A DNA stretch of 64,000 nt from Eledone cirrhosa (taxonomy: Eukaryota). Within the stretch, counting starts at the first letter, position 1. Each line of letters begins with the position of its first letter. Positions 13,235-26,503 of this stretch are shown here, piece by piece. The notes under the pieces were generated by a model. That model was not told the DNA's origin, searched no databases, and worked only from the letters and a program-made list of their open reading frames with translations. Made by a program: the position numbers and the translations under genes. The stretch is taken from the NCBI GenBank assembly GCA_964016885.1, contig OZ024741.1, forward strand, positions 59,768,001 through 59,832,000. Reading direction: 5' to 3'.

Positions 13235-16200
13235 TTATAATAATAATAATAATACTAATTATAATAATGCTTTCTTTATTGACCACAAGGGTTTACATAA
13301 AGTAGACATTAAGGACAGTACAGGACAATACAGGACGGTACAAATGGGCATTTCTGTGTGTAAAAGACAAAAACAGAGGATGTAACAAAAAAAAATAACA
13401 ATCAAAAATTCCCCAATAGGGGGGAGACTTCGGAGGGACATTTGTGGAGAAAGCCCATTAAAAGGCCACAGTGACTCTGACCACCAAGGCAAGTGCCATC
13501 TCCCAGTTTTCCACCTTTAATTTACAGACACATACTCAGAGAAGGCCCATTAGCTCGGGCCATTCTTGTTTCTCTCACCTATCTTTCAACAAAATGCTGG
13601 GAAGAGAGCACTTCCCTCTCTACCCTGATTTTCCTTTTCAAATGAAATCTGAAAAAGTCCGAAGAGGTAAGAGCTCTCTCTTCAGCCCTTTCAAACGTGT
13701 CCAGCATACTATCTCTTTCGCCATGGCCACCTATCAGATAAAAACTGCCTGCCCCTCCCGGCTAGAGGAAGAGGGCGGGGGAATCCTCACGATGGACTCA
13801 GCTAATAGCCGGATCCGTCCTACACGCGACAGCAGGTGTTCAACATAAACCCACAAGTCAGCAATTCTCGGACACTGGACGAGTGCGTGCAGGACGGTTT
13901 CGTCGCCCTGCGCGCATCTCGGACATGCCCGGCTGACGGCACTTCCATGCCTGTAGAGTTTATCCCGAATTGGCAAGGCTCCTCGGTAGCACTGCCAAGT
14001 CAGGGATTTCTGGAAGTTGTCCATAGGCCCCGGCCCGAAAGTTGTTCCGAAGAGATTGGCTAGGTGATTTTCATCGAAGCCTAGAGTTTCCCCAGGTACG
14101 TCGTCGCTCTTATCCTCCACTAATCCTCTATAGAACGCCGAGGTGGAGTTTCCACCGATCACATTGCCCAATTGGTCGAGGGCTGTGAGCGCCTGAAGAA
14201 ATTCCTGTCTCCAAGCGCTCCCTCTCGGTCTTAGCTTGACCCAGGACTGCAGCTCCGTCAAGGAAACGAGCTGGGGAAAGACGCGTCTAGCAAACGGCGA
14301 CCACACCTGATCACCGTCGAGGAAGAGGTGGAGATGACGTAGCATGAGCGCGTGTCTGCGCATCATCAGCCACGGCATGCCCAGCCCTACACGTAGCGGG
14401 TGTTGACAACAAATGGACCGCCTGACCATCGGAGCGCGTCCCTTCCACAAAAAGCGAAAGAGCAAACGGTCCAGCGCAGTCAGGCAGGGCTTAGGACGAG
14501 GTATGACGGTCAGGCGGTAGCAGATGACGGACGCGATGTACGCGTTAGCCACCTCCATTCGACTTTTCAGGGATAGCTTTCTCTCCGCCCATTTCTGGGT
14601 GAGAGATGCCACCCTGCTCGTCACCTCGTCCCAGTATTTGTCCGTCTGGAGGTCCGGACCGAACCAGACCCCTGGCAATTTAACAGGTCTGTCCGTCCAG
14701 CGCAAGGCGACGCTGTTGGACAGCAGGGACATGCCTCTCCAGGTGCCGAACTGCAGGCCTACTTACTTTTCCTGGTGTATTATTGCTCCTGTCACCGCTT
14801 CGTATTCTCTTAGTGTAGTGCCGATCGCCTCGATATGTTTGGCGTTCGACACCACTACGGTGACATCGTCCGCATATGCTGACACGGATCCTCTGCATCC
14901 TAGTTCGCGCGAGACGCACTTCAACGTCTCCAGTTTGTGCAGTAATGGCTCGAGAGTCAATACGTACAGGAGGGACGAGAGGGGACATCCTAGGCGGACC
15001 GAGCGCATGATGTTGAACGGTTCTGAAAGGTGACCGTTCACTCTCACCACAGAGCAGATGTCGCTGTGCATGGCAGCGATCCAGCCTCTGAAGACAGGCC
15101 CAAAGCCAGCCGCCTTCAGGACTGCCGCTAGGTAACGATGTTCGACCCTATCGAAAGCTTTCGACTGATCTAAATTGATCAAGGACCCACCCGTGCCAGG
15201 TTCCCTAGATACCCTCTCTACCATGTATCGCATGAGGTGGAGGTTGTCCTGTATGGATCTGTCGGGAATGGCGCATGTCTGCGCCTCTTCCACCAGACCA
15301 CCAACGACAGGCGCCAGCCTCTTTGCTAGCACTTTGAACTCTGTGTTTAGCAGAGTATGGGCCTAAAATTATCTATGTTATCCCCCTTGTTCGGATCCTT
15401 TCTCAGCAGCGCCACAGTTCCTCGGCTCAGAGAGCTGGGAATTCTCCCGTTCTGTTGCCAGTTGCAGTAGACATCCGCCAAGAGGCCTCAGAACAAGTCT
15501 GGCATCTGTACGTAAAGTTCATAGGGCAGACCATCCAAACCAGGCAATTTATCCTTGTGCAGCCAGTCATTACCTCCCGTATTTCAGCGGCTGTTATCGG
15601 CTTTTCGCAACACCCCGCCTCAGTGGCCGAGAGCCGCGGCAGTCCGTCGAGGTAGACACTAAAGTCCGTCCCTCGATCCGGTCCGCCGCTGCCCCCGAAC
15701 AGCTGAGCGAAGTGTCGCTGAAAAGCTTCACCCCTGACCGGGATCGAGTAGCATGCGCCCGTAGTGGTCCACCAAAGACCGGATCGTGGCTTTGTTGCTA
15801 CGACTCGCCTCCGCCACTCGGGCCCATTGAACGGCTTTCGTCCCCTCGTGTCTGAGAGCAGGCCCCTTAGCTCTGACAACGCAGCCTTCGTGCTTTGCAT
15901 TGAAGAATTGGTCAAGGGCCAATTTCGCCGCAAGTACGTCGGTCGCGATGCCTTTGCTAAGCGCCTCGTCTAATTTTCTATTTAGTTCTCCCTCTGCTCT
16001 ATTTTTCTCTATTGCTAAAGCCTTACTAAACCTAATGGACTCTATTCTAATCGCTCTTTTCAGAGATAACCACCAATTGTTGTTGACGATGGCCCCCGTC
16101 AACGCCCGCTTAACTTGTTTGATAATCCGGTCTTTGTAGGCCTTGCGCGCTGGTAAGGACGCGTTTAGCTTCCAGTAGCCGGGTCCTCGTCTATGAAGCC

Positions 16201-18900
16201 TATCTAAGTCAAACACACAGATCACGAATTTATGGTCCGTGTAGCTGACTATCTTGAATTGTGGACAGCCGATGCTAGACCTATATATTTCCCTACAAAA
16301 TACTTTATCTAGATATGATCTGGATGACCCGAAGCGATTTGTCAAAGTCCACATTGGCACATTCGGGAAATCCAATCGGTACCTCTCAGACAGTTCAAAA
16401 CGCCTGAGCAGGTTGGTGAGGCTCTTACACCCTCCTCCCCTATCCTCTAATCCCACACAGTCCCAGCGTGTATCCAAGATCCCGTTCTAGTCGCCCACTA
16501 ACACTAAAGAGCGGGACGTTCCAAGAAAGTTTCCAGACGCCGGAAGAAATCAGGCCGCCCTGCTCCTGTCGGGGCATAGATGCCCACTAGCCTGAAAGCT
16601 TTCCCGTCTCCGCTGGTCACGTCTAGCACCACCAAATTACCTTCTGGGTTCAGGAAGATGGCCCGTATGGCGAGATCCAAACCTATCTGAAAAAGCACAG
16701 CAACTCCCCCCCCCCGATCCAGGACGTCTGGGAGATGCGTACACATCGTAGCCACCGAAGATCGGTTCGAAGGCCCGTGCTTCGGAGATTCTGGTCTCGC
16801 TGATGGCCACTACATCTATGTTTAGTGACCTGAGGTCGTTGAGCAGGTGACCCTGATTCCATGACGACCCCAAGCCACGCGCATTTATGCTGCCTATTCT
16901 GAGTGAGGTCATGTTGAAATGGAGTAGAAAAGATGGGAAAGACCACTTACCTTACTTCTCGTAGAGGAAGGATGGTTTCTCCATCCTTTTCACTGCTTGT
17001 GGCCTCCTCCGGATGGATGTCCTTATAAATCCTCCTGGAGAGTGTTTGTCGGAAGCCTCCGATGACTTTGGGGAATTTTTGTTTTAGTGTCGTGTACGTT
17101 TTCTGTGTGATGCGAGTGATTTGTATGTGTGGAGGAGGTGTGAACTTTTGGGTTGTTGTGTAGTCTTTTTCTGTGATGCTAGTGTTGTGTTGGATGTAGT
17201 GTAATAATTGGTTGTTGTTCAAATTTATTGCTGTGTAGTGTGTATCGTTTTGGTTGTTTTGTTTTGTTTGCGTTTGTTGTGTGTCTGTTTCTGTTTCGCT
17301 TTTTGGTGACTTTTGTGGTGTTGGTGATGGTGGTCTTGGTGTTAATGATGGTGATGGTGTTGGTGTTTGTGGTGATGGGGTTGGTGATGCTGGTGTGGAT
17401 GGTGGCATAGCTGTCCTACCTTTTTTGTTTGATAGTTTATTTGTTTCCCTCTGTATTTTGTTTTTGGAGGGGGAAGGAAGAGAATTTTTTTCTTTTTTGG
17501 TATCTTTTTCTTTTTTCCTTTTTTTCTGATACCGTTTCCCACTCCTCGTCGTCACAATCTTTCTCCAGTTGCGATAGGTCGAGGAGTGGAAATTCCCCCA
17601 CAGGCGTTGGATTTGGATGTGGCGTGGTGGATGGTGTAGGCGCTGGTGCTAGTTCTGGTGGTGGTGGTGTTTGTTTTGCTACTGTTGCTGGTATTTTTGC
17701 TGTTACAGTTTCTTCTGTTGTTGCTGCTACAGTTCTTGCTGCCATTTTTGCTGCTGGTGGTGTTGATGGTTGAGTCACTGGGTTGGGTAAGGGAGGTGGC
17801 CTCAACCTTTAAGCCTGAGGGCAGAAAGCCCTTAGGTAGGTTCATTCACCACAAACGACACACCTAGGCCTTCTGCCCTCGACGATTACGGAGAAGTGGC
17901 TGCCGTCAGTGAGGTCTATTACCTCTGGGATCTCCTCAATGCTCTTTTAGTCCGTTTCTTGGATCAGGAGCTCCTTCCCAGATACGGACCAGTTATCCTG
18001 CTTTTCTTTTGGTATTTTGATTATCTTGGTGTTGGCCTCGATGCCGGCGAGGACGGCAGCCATTAGCCAGGGCATTTCGATGGCCGGTGGAACGTGGGTC
18101 ACCCCGATATTCACGAGTCTCTGGCCACAATAGCTTGGGACGAATGTGAAGTCGTCACTTCTTAATGGGGCCATGGAGTGTTCTCTGGCCTCCTGTGGTG
18201 TTCCAGAGAACACGTCAACGGATCCATATTTCTGCCCACGTCTGATGTGGTTTTTTTTGCCCACACATGTCCCAAAGCTTTTTGGATTTGGGACTCGGAT
18301 GCTCGTTCCACTCGGCGCGATTTTATGTTAATCGACCGATAAGACACGGTGCATAGGCGCCGATGCTCCATGTTATTAGGTGTGGGGGGTGGGTGACCCT
18401 GTACCCATCTTTTTTTACCATTTCCTTGGCTTCATCTAATTCCTCCTGAGTTACCTGGATTGCTTCGCACTTTTTTGCTGCTCTGGCAAAAGACACAGTG
18501 GTTTTGTTTTCTTATTGTTGTTGTTGCTGTTATTGTTATCGTTATTTTTGTTATTGTTATTTTTAGTTTCAGTTGTGGTGGTGGTGGCGTCAGTGGTGTT
18601 CGGTGTGGAAGAGTCCATTCTGGGTTAATCCATTTCGATGTCACGAGATAATTTATTTTTTTCTTTTATTTCTGTTGTCGCTGTGGTGGTGGTGGTTTTT
18701 TTTGGGGGGGGCTTCTACACCTGCAGTCATTGGTAATGGCGGGAAATGAATGCCTGCATGAGACAAATTTAAATTATTGCTACTGCTTATATGTTTAGTG
18801 CAAACGTAGTATTTACAATGGTGGTGTCGCTGTGAGGTGTTAGTTTGTGTGGAAGGTGTGGCTGTGAATCGTACATGATTTTTCAATGAAATATTTTTGT
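13235..18900 (-). mobile_element. Near full-length decayed Tx1/L1-clade LINE (ORF1 ~16950-18650; ORF2 16912-~13450)
   Basis: APE start MTSLRIGSINARGL...VAISET, GPGYWKLN, DQSKAFDRV, AYADD, zinc finger CPRC...HALVQC; AATAAA and (TTA)n tail at ~13235-13282; 5' boundary approximate. Confidence 0.85.
13450..16912 (-). pseudogene. Tx1/L1-type ORF2 (APE-RT-zf), multiple frameshifts
   Basis: Collinear ORF fragments 16637-16912, 16504-16755, 15728-16477, 15427-15933, 14763-15332, 13734-14732. Confidence 0.85.
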
Positions 18901-19124
18901 TTGATAATTATAAACGCTTAAATTTTGGGCTCAAGGCTCAAGGCCCCAATCTTTTGAGTGTCCTTTTTTGAAAGCAAATTTCGTGACCTTATAAATAATT
19001 AACAAGAAAAATTTTCCATAAATGGCAATTTTGAACAAACGAAAACAACAAACCTTTGCGGTGCTCACGATGATACGATTTCCTACGTAGGTCGCCAATA
19101 ATAATAATAATAATAATAATAATA

Positions 19125-19435
19125 TGAGGAATTGCAGGAGAAGACATACTGGTCTTGCCATGGGATGGATAGACTACAAAAAGGCTTTCGACATGGTACC
19201 TCATTCTTGGATAACCTAAAGCCTAGAGATTTCCAGGGTGGCAGATAACATCAGATAGTTGTTGAGCAAAAGAATGAAGTCCTGGAAAACAGAGTTAACA
19301 TCGGGCGGAGAATCCTTGGGAAGCGTGAGGATCAAGAGAGGTATCTTCCAGGGAGATAGTTTGTCCCCTCCGTTGTTTTTCCTGGCCCTGATCCCCTTGA
19401 CCATTATACTGCGAAAGGTGAGAGCAGGATAGAAA
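19125..19435 (+). pseudogene. RT fragment of an R4/Dong-like non-LTR element
   Basis: Translates across a frameshift to AW.DYKKAFDMVPHSWI...RGIFQGDSLSPPLFFLALIPLTIILRK; preceded by (AAT)n. Confidence 0.65.
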
Positions 19436-19439
19436 TTAG

Positions 19440-20196
19440 AGGGGAGACTTCCGATGGCCATCGTGGAGAATCCCATTAAAAAAGCCACGGCGACCCTGAC
19501 CACCAGGACAAGTGCCATCTCCCAGTTTTCCACCTTCAATTTACAGGCACATACTCAGGGCCATTCTTGCCTCACCCATCTTTAAACCCAATGCTGGGAA
19601 GAGAGCACTTCCCTCTCTCCCCAGATTTTCCTTTTCAAATGAAATTTGAAAAAGTTATTCAGGGCATCACCGAAGAGATAAGTGCTCGTCTTCAGCCTTT
19701 TCAGACGCGTCCACCATACCATCTCTTTCGCCATGGCCACCAGACTGATAAAAACTTCCTACCCTTCCCGGCTAAAGGAAGAGCGCGGGGCAATCCTCAC
19801 GATGGACTCAGCTGATAGCCGGATCCGTTCTACACGCGACAGCAGGTGTTCGACATAAACAGACAAGTCATCAATGCTCGGACACTGGACGAATGCGTGC
19901 AGGGCAGTTTCGTCGCCCTGCGCGCATCTCGGAAATGCCCGGCTGACGGTAGAGTTTATCCCGAACTGGCAAAGCTCCTCGGTAGCACTGCCAGGCCAGG
20001 TATTTCTTGAAATTATCCATAGGCCCCGGCCCGTAAATTCTTCCGAAGAGATTGGCTAGTTGATTTTCGTCGACGCCTAGGGTTTCCCCAAGTACGTCGT
20101 CGCTCTTCCCTTCCACTAATCCTCTATAGAACGCCAAGGTTGAGTTTCCACCGATCACATTGCCCGACTAATCGAGGGCTGTGAGCGCCTGAAGAC
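19440..20196 (-). mobile_element. Second, truncated copy of the Tx1-like LINE 3' region
   Basis: Clear similarity to 13420-14200 (LAFYRGLVEGKSDDVLGETLG...WQCYRGALPVRDKL). Confidence 0.85.
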
Positions 20197-20760
20197 AAAT
20201 GAAATTATTGTATATCAAATATGTCTCACACGATATTACGTCGCAGTCTACCAATGGTTTTGTAAATGTTGAAGAGGGTTTCGCAGCATACTCGCTTGTC
20301 CAATAATTGAATCTTGTAAATAATAGAAAGAATAAAAAATTATTTTAAAAGAGATATATGAAGCGGTGGTTTATTTAAAATCTACCATGCCTTAGATATT
20401 TTAAGCCAGTCGTATTATAATTCTAATATTTTACACATCATATGATTTGCAAACTCTACTGAAAATAATCAAGAATGATTAAGCTGGTGTTTGGAATATA
20501 AATTCAGAACGTTACGTAAATAGAATTATGATTGGGAGTGTTTCAATATAAATATTCTAAAATAAACAGCTTTGTATAATAGAACCACAGTCGGTATCAG
20601 AAAGTATAGTACTTGTATATATTTGTTTTGTGGTTCAGCAATGGTTACAGCAGGTCATTCTATTTAGTTAATCATGTTGTAATAGGAGGGAAAGCACTCC
20701 ACCTTATGCAACTCAACCATCATTCATAGTGAATCTCGTGGCCGGTGCAGGAACTGGAGG

Positions 20761-21720
20761 CCGGGCTTGGGTATCCATTTAAATTTTTATTGTTGCAAAG
20801 AATACTATATATATTTCAATGGCATGGTTACGTAAGACCATGGTAACATACATCAAGTGCAAATTACATAATTAGTTAATGAATATAAGGAATTTTGGCA
20901 GACACAAACAGAGAATAGAGAAAATAGGCACGACCAAGGAGGTGAAGTGATAGGAATTCTGCTGCTCATAGATACCGGTTTTAAAATGATACTACCAATC
21001 CATTTTACAAATTTGAACTATGAACTGAAACTGCTATGCTGTTAATGAGAACTAAACGGTCAGCTGCCACAAAGGTTAGGGGTACTAAAACTGTGTGTCG
21101 CTATACCCTGGCTTGTTGGTCCATATGGGCATACATAGCTGTAAATGGGTGTGGTCCTATCTTGGAGGTAGACTAAGCTTCGGCAAGTAGCCCTGGTTAG
21201 GATGGTAGTCCTCCTATATTCGTGTCAGAACCTATGTTCTCTATTACATCACAAAGCACACAATAGCAACAGGAGATGTATCCATTTATGTGTTGTGATT
21301 CACCAAAAGAGAGGGGTGGTTATTCCGTTTAGTTAGCAGGGCTTCTTGCCGAAATTTAGTCTACCTCCAAGTTCAGACGACACGCATTTCACAACTACAT
21401 ACACCCATATGTGCCAACGAGCCAGGGTATAATGAAACAGATTTTTTGTACTATTAACATTGTTCGAGCTGCCCTTTAAGTTCTCATTAACAGCATAGCA
21501 GCATCTAGTAACAGCGGAATTTCTGTCGCCACTCCACCCCTTTGGTTCAGCCTATTTTCGCTCTTCCCTGTTTGAGTTTGCCCTTATTCCATTTATTAAT
21601 TAAATAATTATGCAATATGCACCTGATGTCAGTCACCAGGGTCTTTACATGCCCAGGCCATTGAAATATTTATAGTATTTTTTGCAACAATGAAATTTTA
21701 AAAGGATATCCTCAATCCGG
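20761..21720. mobile_element. Old ~960-bp fold-back/MITE-like element with long imperfect inverted repeats
   Basis: 20761-21200 is inverted at 21333-21720 (e.g. cttggaggtagactaa / ttagtctacctccaag; ctgctatgctgttaatgagaact / agttctcattaacagcatagcag). Confidence 0.7.
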
Positions 21721-21809
21721 CTAACTGTTGTTTTAGTCAAATTTATATATATATATGTAAGTATGTATGTATACGTACATACATATATGTATACAGACGT
21801 ACAGTAGCA

Positions 21810-21861
<52 letters not shown>

Positions 21862-22028
21862 CACATATGCATACAGGTACACATACATATATGCACGCAT
21901 CAGTTTAGCCGACGTTTATTATAACGCCGCTTTGTTCGTTTGTTTTTGTCAACAAACCGAACAGCCTGAATTTATGCCATACGGTGTTAAGGCAACCACG
22001 TCACCTTTTTGTTCATCACTGACACAGG

Positions 22029-22073
22029 AACGATGTACTAGTTTCAAGCTTGTTAGCTATCATCAGCACCGTT
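22029..22073 (-). ncRNA. Type-I hammerhead ribozyme (array copy 1)
   Basis: Reverse complement of the 22507-22551 motif. Confidence 0.8.
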
Positions 22074-22220
22074 TACCCATCTGCCAGATAGTTGAACGTT
22101 CGAAAGTATATACTTTCCTTATGAAAATTAACGGCTGAGCAGCCTAATTTGCAAAGCGGCGTTATAATAAACGTCGGCTAAACTGATACGTGCATATATG
22201 TATGTGTACCTGTATGCATA

Positions 22221-22270
<50 letters not shown>

Positions 22271-22506
22271 TGCTACTGTACGTCTGTATACATATATGTA
22301 TGTACGTATACATACATACTTACATTTAAGTAAGTGCCATACTAAGAGTGAGAAATGAAATTTCGTTTTCATTTTTTTTTCAACTTATCGTTTTCGGTAT
22401 GCCTGACCGATTTAACTCACTCGATATGTAAATTAGGCTGCTCAGCCGTTAATTTTCATAAAGAAAGTATATACTTTCGAACGTTCAACTATCTGGCAGA
22501 TGGGTA

Positions 22507-22551
22507 AACGGTGCTGATGATAGCTAACAAGCTTGAAACTAGTACATCGTT
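22507..22551 (+). ncRNA. Type-I hammerhead ribozyme (array copy 2)
   Basis: aacggtg-CTGATGA-t agc taacaa gct t-GAAA-cta-GTA-catcgtt: 7-bp helix I, intact core, palindromic ACTAGT helix III, GUA site. Confidence 0.82.
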
Positions 22552-22716
22552 CCTGTGTCAGTGTTGAACAAAAAGGTGACGTGGTTTCCTTAACACCGTA
22601 TGGCATAAATTCAGGCTGTTCGGTTTGTTGACAAACAAACGAACAAAGCGGCGTTATAATAAACGTCGGCTTAACTGATGCGTGCATATATGTATGTGTA
22701 CCTGTATGCATATGTG

Positions 22717-22776
<60 letters not shown>

Positions 22777-23011
22777 TGCTACTGTACGTCTGTATACATA
22801 TATGTATGTACGTATACATACATACTTACATTTAAGTAAGTGCCATACTAAGAGTGAGAAATGAAATTTCGTTTTCATTTTTTTTCAACTTATCGTTTTC
22901 GGTATGCCTGACAGATTTAACTCACTCAATATGCAAATTAGGGTGCTCAGCCGTTAATTTTCATAAGGAAAGTATATACTTTCGAACGTTCAACTATCTG
23001 GCAGATGGGTA

Positions 23012-23056
23012 AACGGTGCTGATGATAGCTAACAAGCTTGAAACTAGTACATCGTT
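23012..23056 (+). ncRNA. Type-I hammerhead ribozyme (array copy 3)
   Basis: Identical motif. Confidence 0.82.
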
Positions 23057-23221
23057 CCTGTGTCAGTGTTGAACAAAAAGGTGACGTGGTTGCCTTAACA
23101 CCGTATGGCATAAATTCAGGCTGTTCGGTTTGTTGACAAACAAACGAACAAAGCGGCGTTATAATAAACGTCGGCTAAACTGATGCGTGCATATATATAT
23201 GTGTACCTGTATGCATATGTG

Positions 23222-23301
<80 letters not shown>

Positions 23302-23537
23302 TGCTACTGTACGTCTGTATACATATATGTATGTACGTATACATACATACTTACATTTAAGTAAGTGCCATACTAAGAGTGAGAAATGAAATTTCGTTTT
23401 CATTTTTTTTTCAACTTATCGTTTTCGGTATGCCTGACCGATTTAACTCACTCAATATGCAAATTAGGCTGCTCAGCCGTTAATTTTCATAAGGAAAGTA
23501 TATACTTTCGAACGTTCAACTATCTGGCAGATGGGTA

Positions 23538-23582
23538 AACGGTGCTGATGATAGATAACAAGCTTGAAACTAGTACATCGTT
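23538..23582 (+). ncRNA. Type-I hammerhead ribozyme (array copy 4, helix II C>A variant)
   Basis: Same motif with tagataacaagctt. Confidence 0.7.
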
Positions 23583-23746
23583 CCTGTGTCAGTGTTGAAC
23601 AAAAAGGTGACGTGGTTGCCATAACACCGTATGGCATAAATTCAGGCTTTTCGGTTTGTTGACAAACAAACGAACAAAGCGGCGTTTAATAAACGTCGGC
23701 TAAACTGATGCGTGCATATATGTACGTGTACCTGTATGCAAATGTG

Positions 23747-23786
<40 letters not shown>

Positions 23787-23896
23787 TGCTACTGTACGTC
23801 TGTATACATATATGTATGTACGTATACATACGTACTTACATTTAAGTAAGTGCCATACTAAGAGTGAGAAATGAAATTTCGTTTTCATTTTTTTTT

Positions 23897-23900
<4 letters not shown>

Positions 23901-23966
<66 letters not shown>

Positions 23967-23979
23967 GTATATATATATG

Positions 23980-24030
<51 letters not shown>

Positions 24031-24059
24031 GTATATATATATATATGTATATATATATG

Positions 24060-24108
<49 letters not shown>

Positions 24109-24109
24109 G

Positions 24110-24140
<31 letters not shown>

Positions 24141-24160
24141 TTTATATATATATATATGTG

Positions 24161-24215
<55 letters not shown>

Positions 24216-24218
24216 GTG

Positions 24219-24261
<43 letters not shown>

Positions 24262-24304
24262 GTATATATATATATAATATATTTATATATGTATATATAT
24301 ATAA

Positions 24305-24343
<39 letters not shown>
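23901..24343. repeat. (TA)n with interspersed TG
   Basis: Direct reading. Confidence 0.95.
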
Positions 24344-24346
<3 letters not shown>

Positions 24347-24622
24347 TCGTTTGGAAGCCTCGACAATGCAAATGGGTAACTCTCCGGGTAACAAGGTCCG
24401 GTGGTGGAGATAGAGATGTAAGTGGGTGTACGTTGAGATGCGTGGTGTTTATAAGATGTGTGAGATGTGTTGAATGAAGGGGAGAGTAAAAGGATAAAAA
24501 TAATAATAACAACACAGGAGAGAGTTACCTTGGGAGAGATTTAAAAGTCCCTATATATTTCGGATTCACATCCATCAACTGGGGTTTTTTTCGGGGTGGG
24601 GGAAAAGGTTGTCTGTCGAATA
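24344..24622 (-). mobile_element. Probable PLE pLTR remnant with decayed hammerhead
   Basis: Minus strand ccc-cagttga-t gga tgtgaa tcc-GAAA-tata-TA-ggg; two core mismatches; ends at (TA)n. Confidence 0.4.
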
Positions 24623-24624
24623 AT

Positions 24625-24930
24625 TCTTTGATCAGTACACAATAATATCGATTATATTTTTTGCAATCAGTCGCTGATAAAATATTTGCAAATAGAACCG
24701 GTCAGAGCGTACAGATCAGTCATAGTGATCAGTCATATGTATATATCATATATATATATATAGAAAGTGAACAACACAAAATATTACTACTCCATTACCA
24801 AAGGTTTCTGGATCCCAGACAATATTAATATACGTCTGGATTGGTCATCAGATAGGAGATGTTATGGATAAAAAAATATTATTTGATAAAAAAATAATAT
24901 TTTTTAATCAAATTTATATATATATATATT

Positions 24931-24983
<53 letters not shown>

Positions 24984-24996
24984 TTATATATATATA

Positions 24997-25050
<54 letters not shown>

Positions 25051-25355
25051 AATATATATATATATACATTTGATTAAAAAATATTATTTTTTATCAAATA
25101 ATATTTTTTTATCCATAACATCTCCTATCTGATGACCAATCCAGACGTATATTAATATTGTCTGGGATCCAGAAACCTTTGGTAATGGAGTAGTAATATT
25201 TTGTGTTGTTCACTTTCTATATATATATATATGATATATACATATGACTGATCACTATGACTGATCTGTACGCTCTGACCGGTTCTATTTGCAAATATTT
25301 TATCAGCGACTGATTGCAAAAAATATAATCGATATTATTGTGTACTGATCAAAGA
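24625..25355. repeat. Near-perfect inverted repeat (~290-bp arms, (TA)n spacer) containing a hammerhead-like motif
   Basis: 24625-24913 is the reverse complement of 25068-25355. Confidence 0.9.
25122..25190 (+). ncRNA. Hammerhead-like motif (imperfect helix II base); mirror copy at 24790-24858 on minus
   Basis: ctcctat-CTGATGA-...ccagac/gtctgg...-GAAA-cc ttt g-GTA-atggag. Confidence 0.5.
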
Positions 25356-25364
25356 TTTATTCCC

Positions 25365-25498
<134 letters not shown>

Positions 25499-25501
25499 AA
25501 T

Positions 25502-25536
<35 letters not shown>

Positions 25537-25577
25537 CATATATTAAATATATATATATATATATATACATATATTAA

Positions 25578-25653
<76 letters not shown>

Positions 25654-25654
25654 T

Positions 25655-25708
<54 letters not shown>

Positions 25709-25729
25709 CATATATTAAATATATATATA

Positions 25730-25764
<35 letters not shown>

Positions 25765-25996
25765 AGTATGCATGTATACGTACATACATATATGTATACA
25801 GACGTACAGTAGCATGCACATATATATATATACATATATACATACATATGCATACAGGTACACATACATATATGCACGTATCAGTTTAGCGGCGCTAACG
25901 TCGCTTTGTTCGTTTGTAAACAAACTGAACAGCCTGAATTTATGCCATACGGTGTTAAGGCAACCACGTCACCTTTTTGTTCAACACTGACACAGG

Positions 25997-26041
25997 AACG
26001 ATGTACTAGTTTCAAGCTTGTTAGCTATCATCAGCACCGTT
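25997..26041 (-). ncRNA. Type-I hammerhead ribozyme (array copy 5)
   Basis: Reverse complement of the 22507-22551 motif. Confidence 0.8.
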
Positions 26042-26458
26042 TACCCATCTGCCAGATAGTTGAACGTTCGAAAGTATATACTTTCCTTATGAAAATTAAC
26101 GGCTGAGCAGCCTAATTTGCATATTGAGTGAGTTAAATCGGTCAGGCATACCGAAAACGATAAATTGAAACAAAATGAAAACGAAATTTCATTTCTCACT
26201 CTTAGTATGGCACTTACTTAAATGTAAGTATGCATGTATACGTACATACATATATGTATACAGACGTACAGTAGCATGCACATATATATATATACATATA
26301 TACATACATATGCATACAGGTACACATACATATATGCACGTATCAGTTTAGCGGCGCTAACGTCGCTTTGTTCGTTTGTAAACAAACTGAACAGCCTGAA
26401 TTTATGCCATACGGTGTTAAGGCAACCACGTCACCTTTTTGTTCAACACTGACACAGG

Positions 26459-26503
26459 AACGATGTACTAGTTTCAAGCTTGTTAGCTATCATCAGCACC
26501 GTT
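26459..26503 (-). ncRNA. Type-I hammerhead ribozyme (array copy 6)
   Basis: Same motif, +462 bp. Confidence 0.8.

Larger units (their letters stand above)
21755..23900. repeat. Hammerhead-containing tandem array 1: one inverted unit (21755-22152), then a partial and 3 direct units ending in the tail
   Basis: Periods 505 and 526 bp, differing mainly in internal (TA)n length; orientation switch at ~22153; ends ...ttttcaac then (TA)n. Confidence 0.92.
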
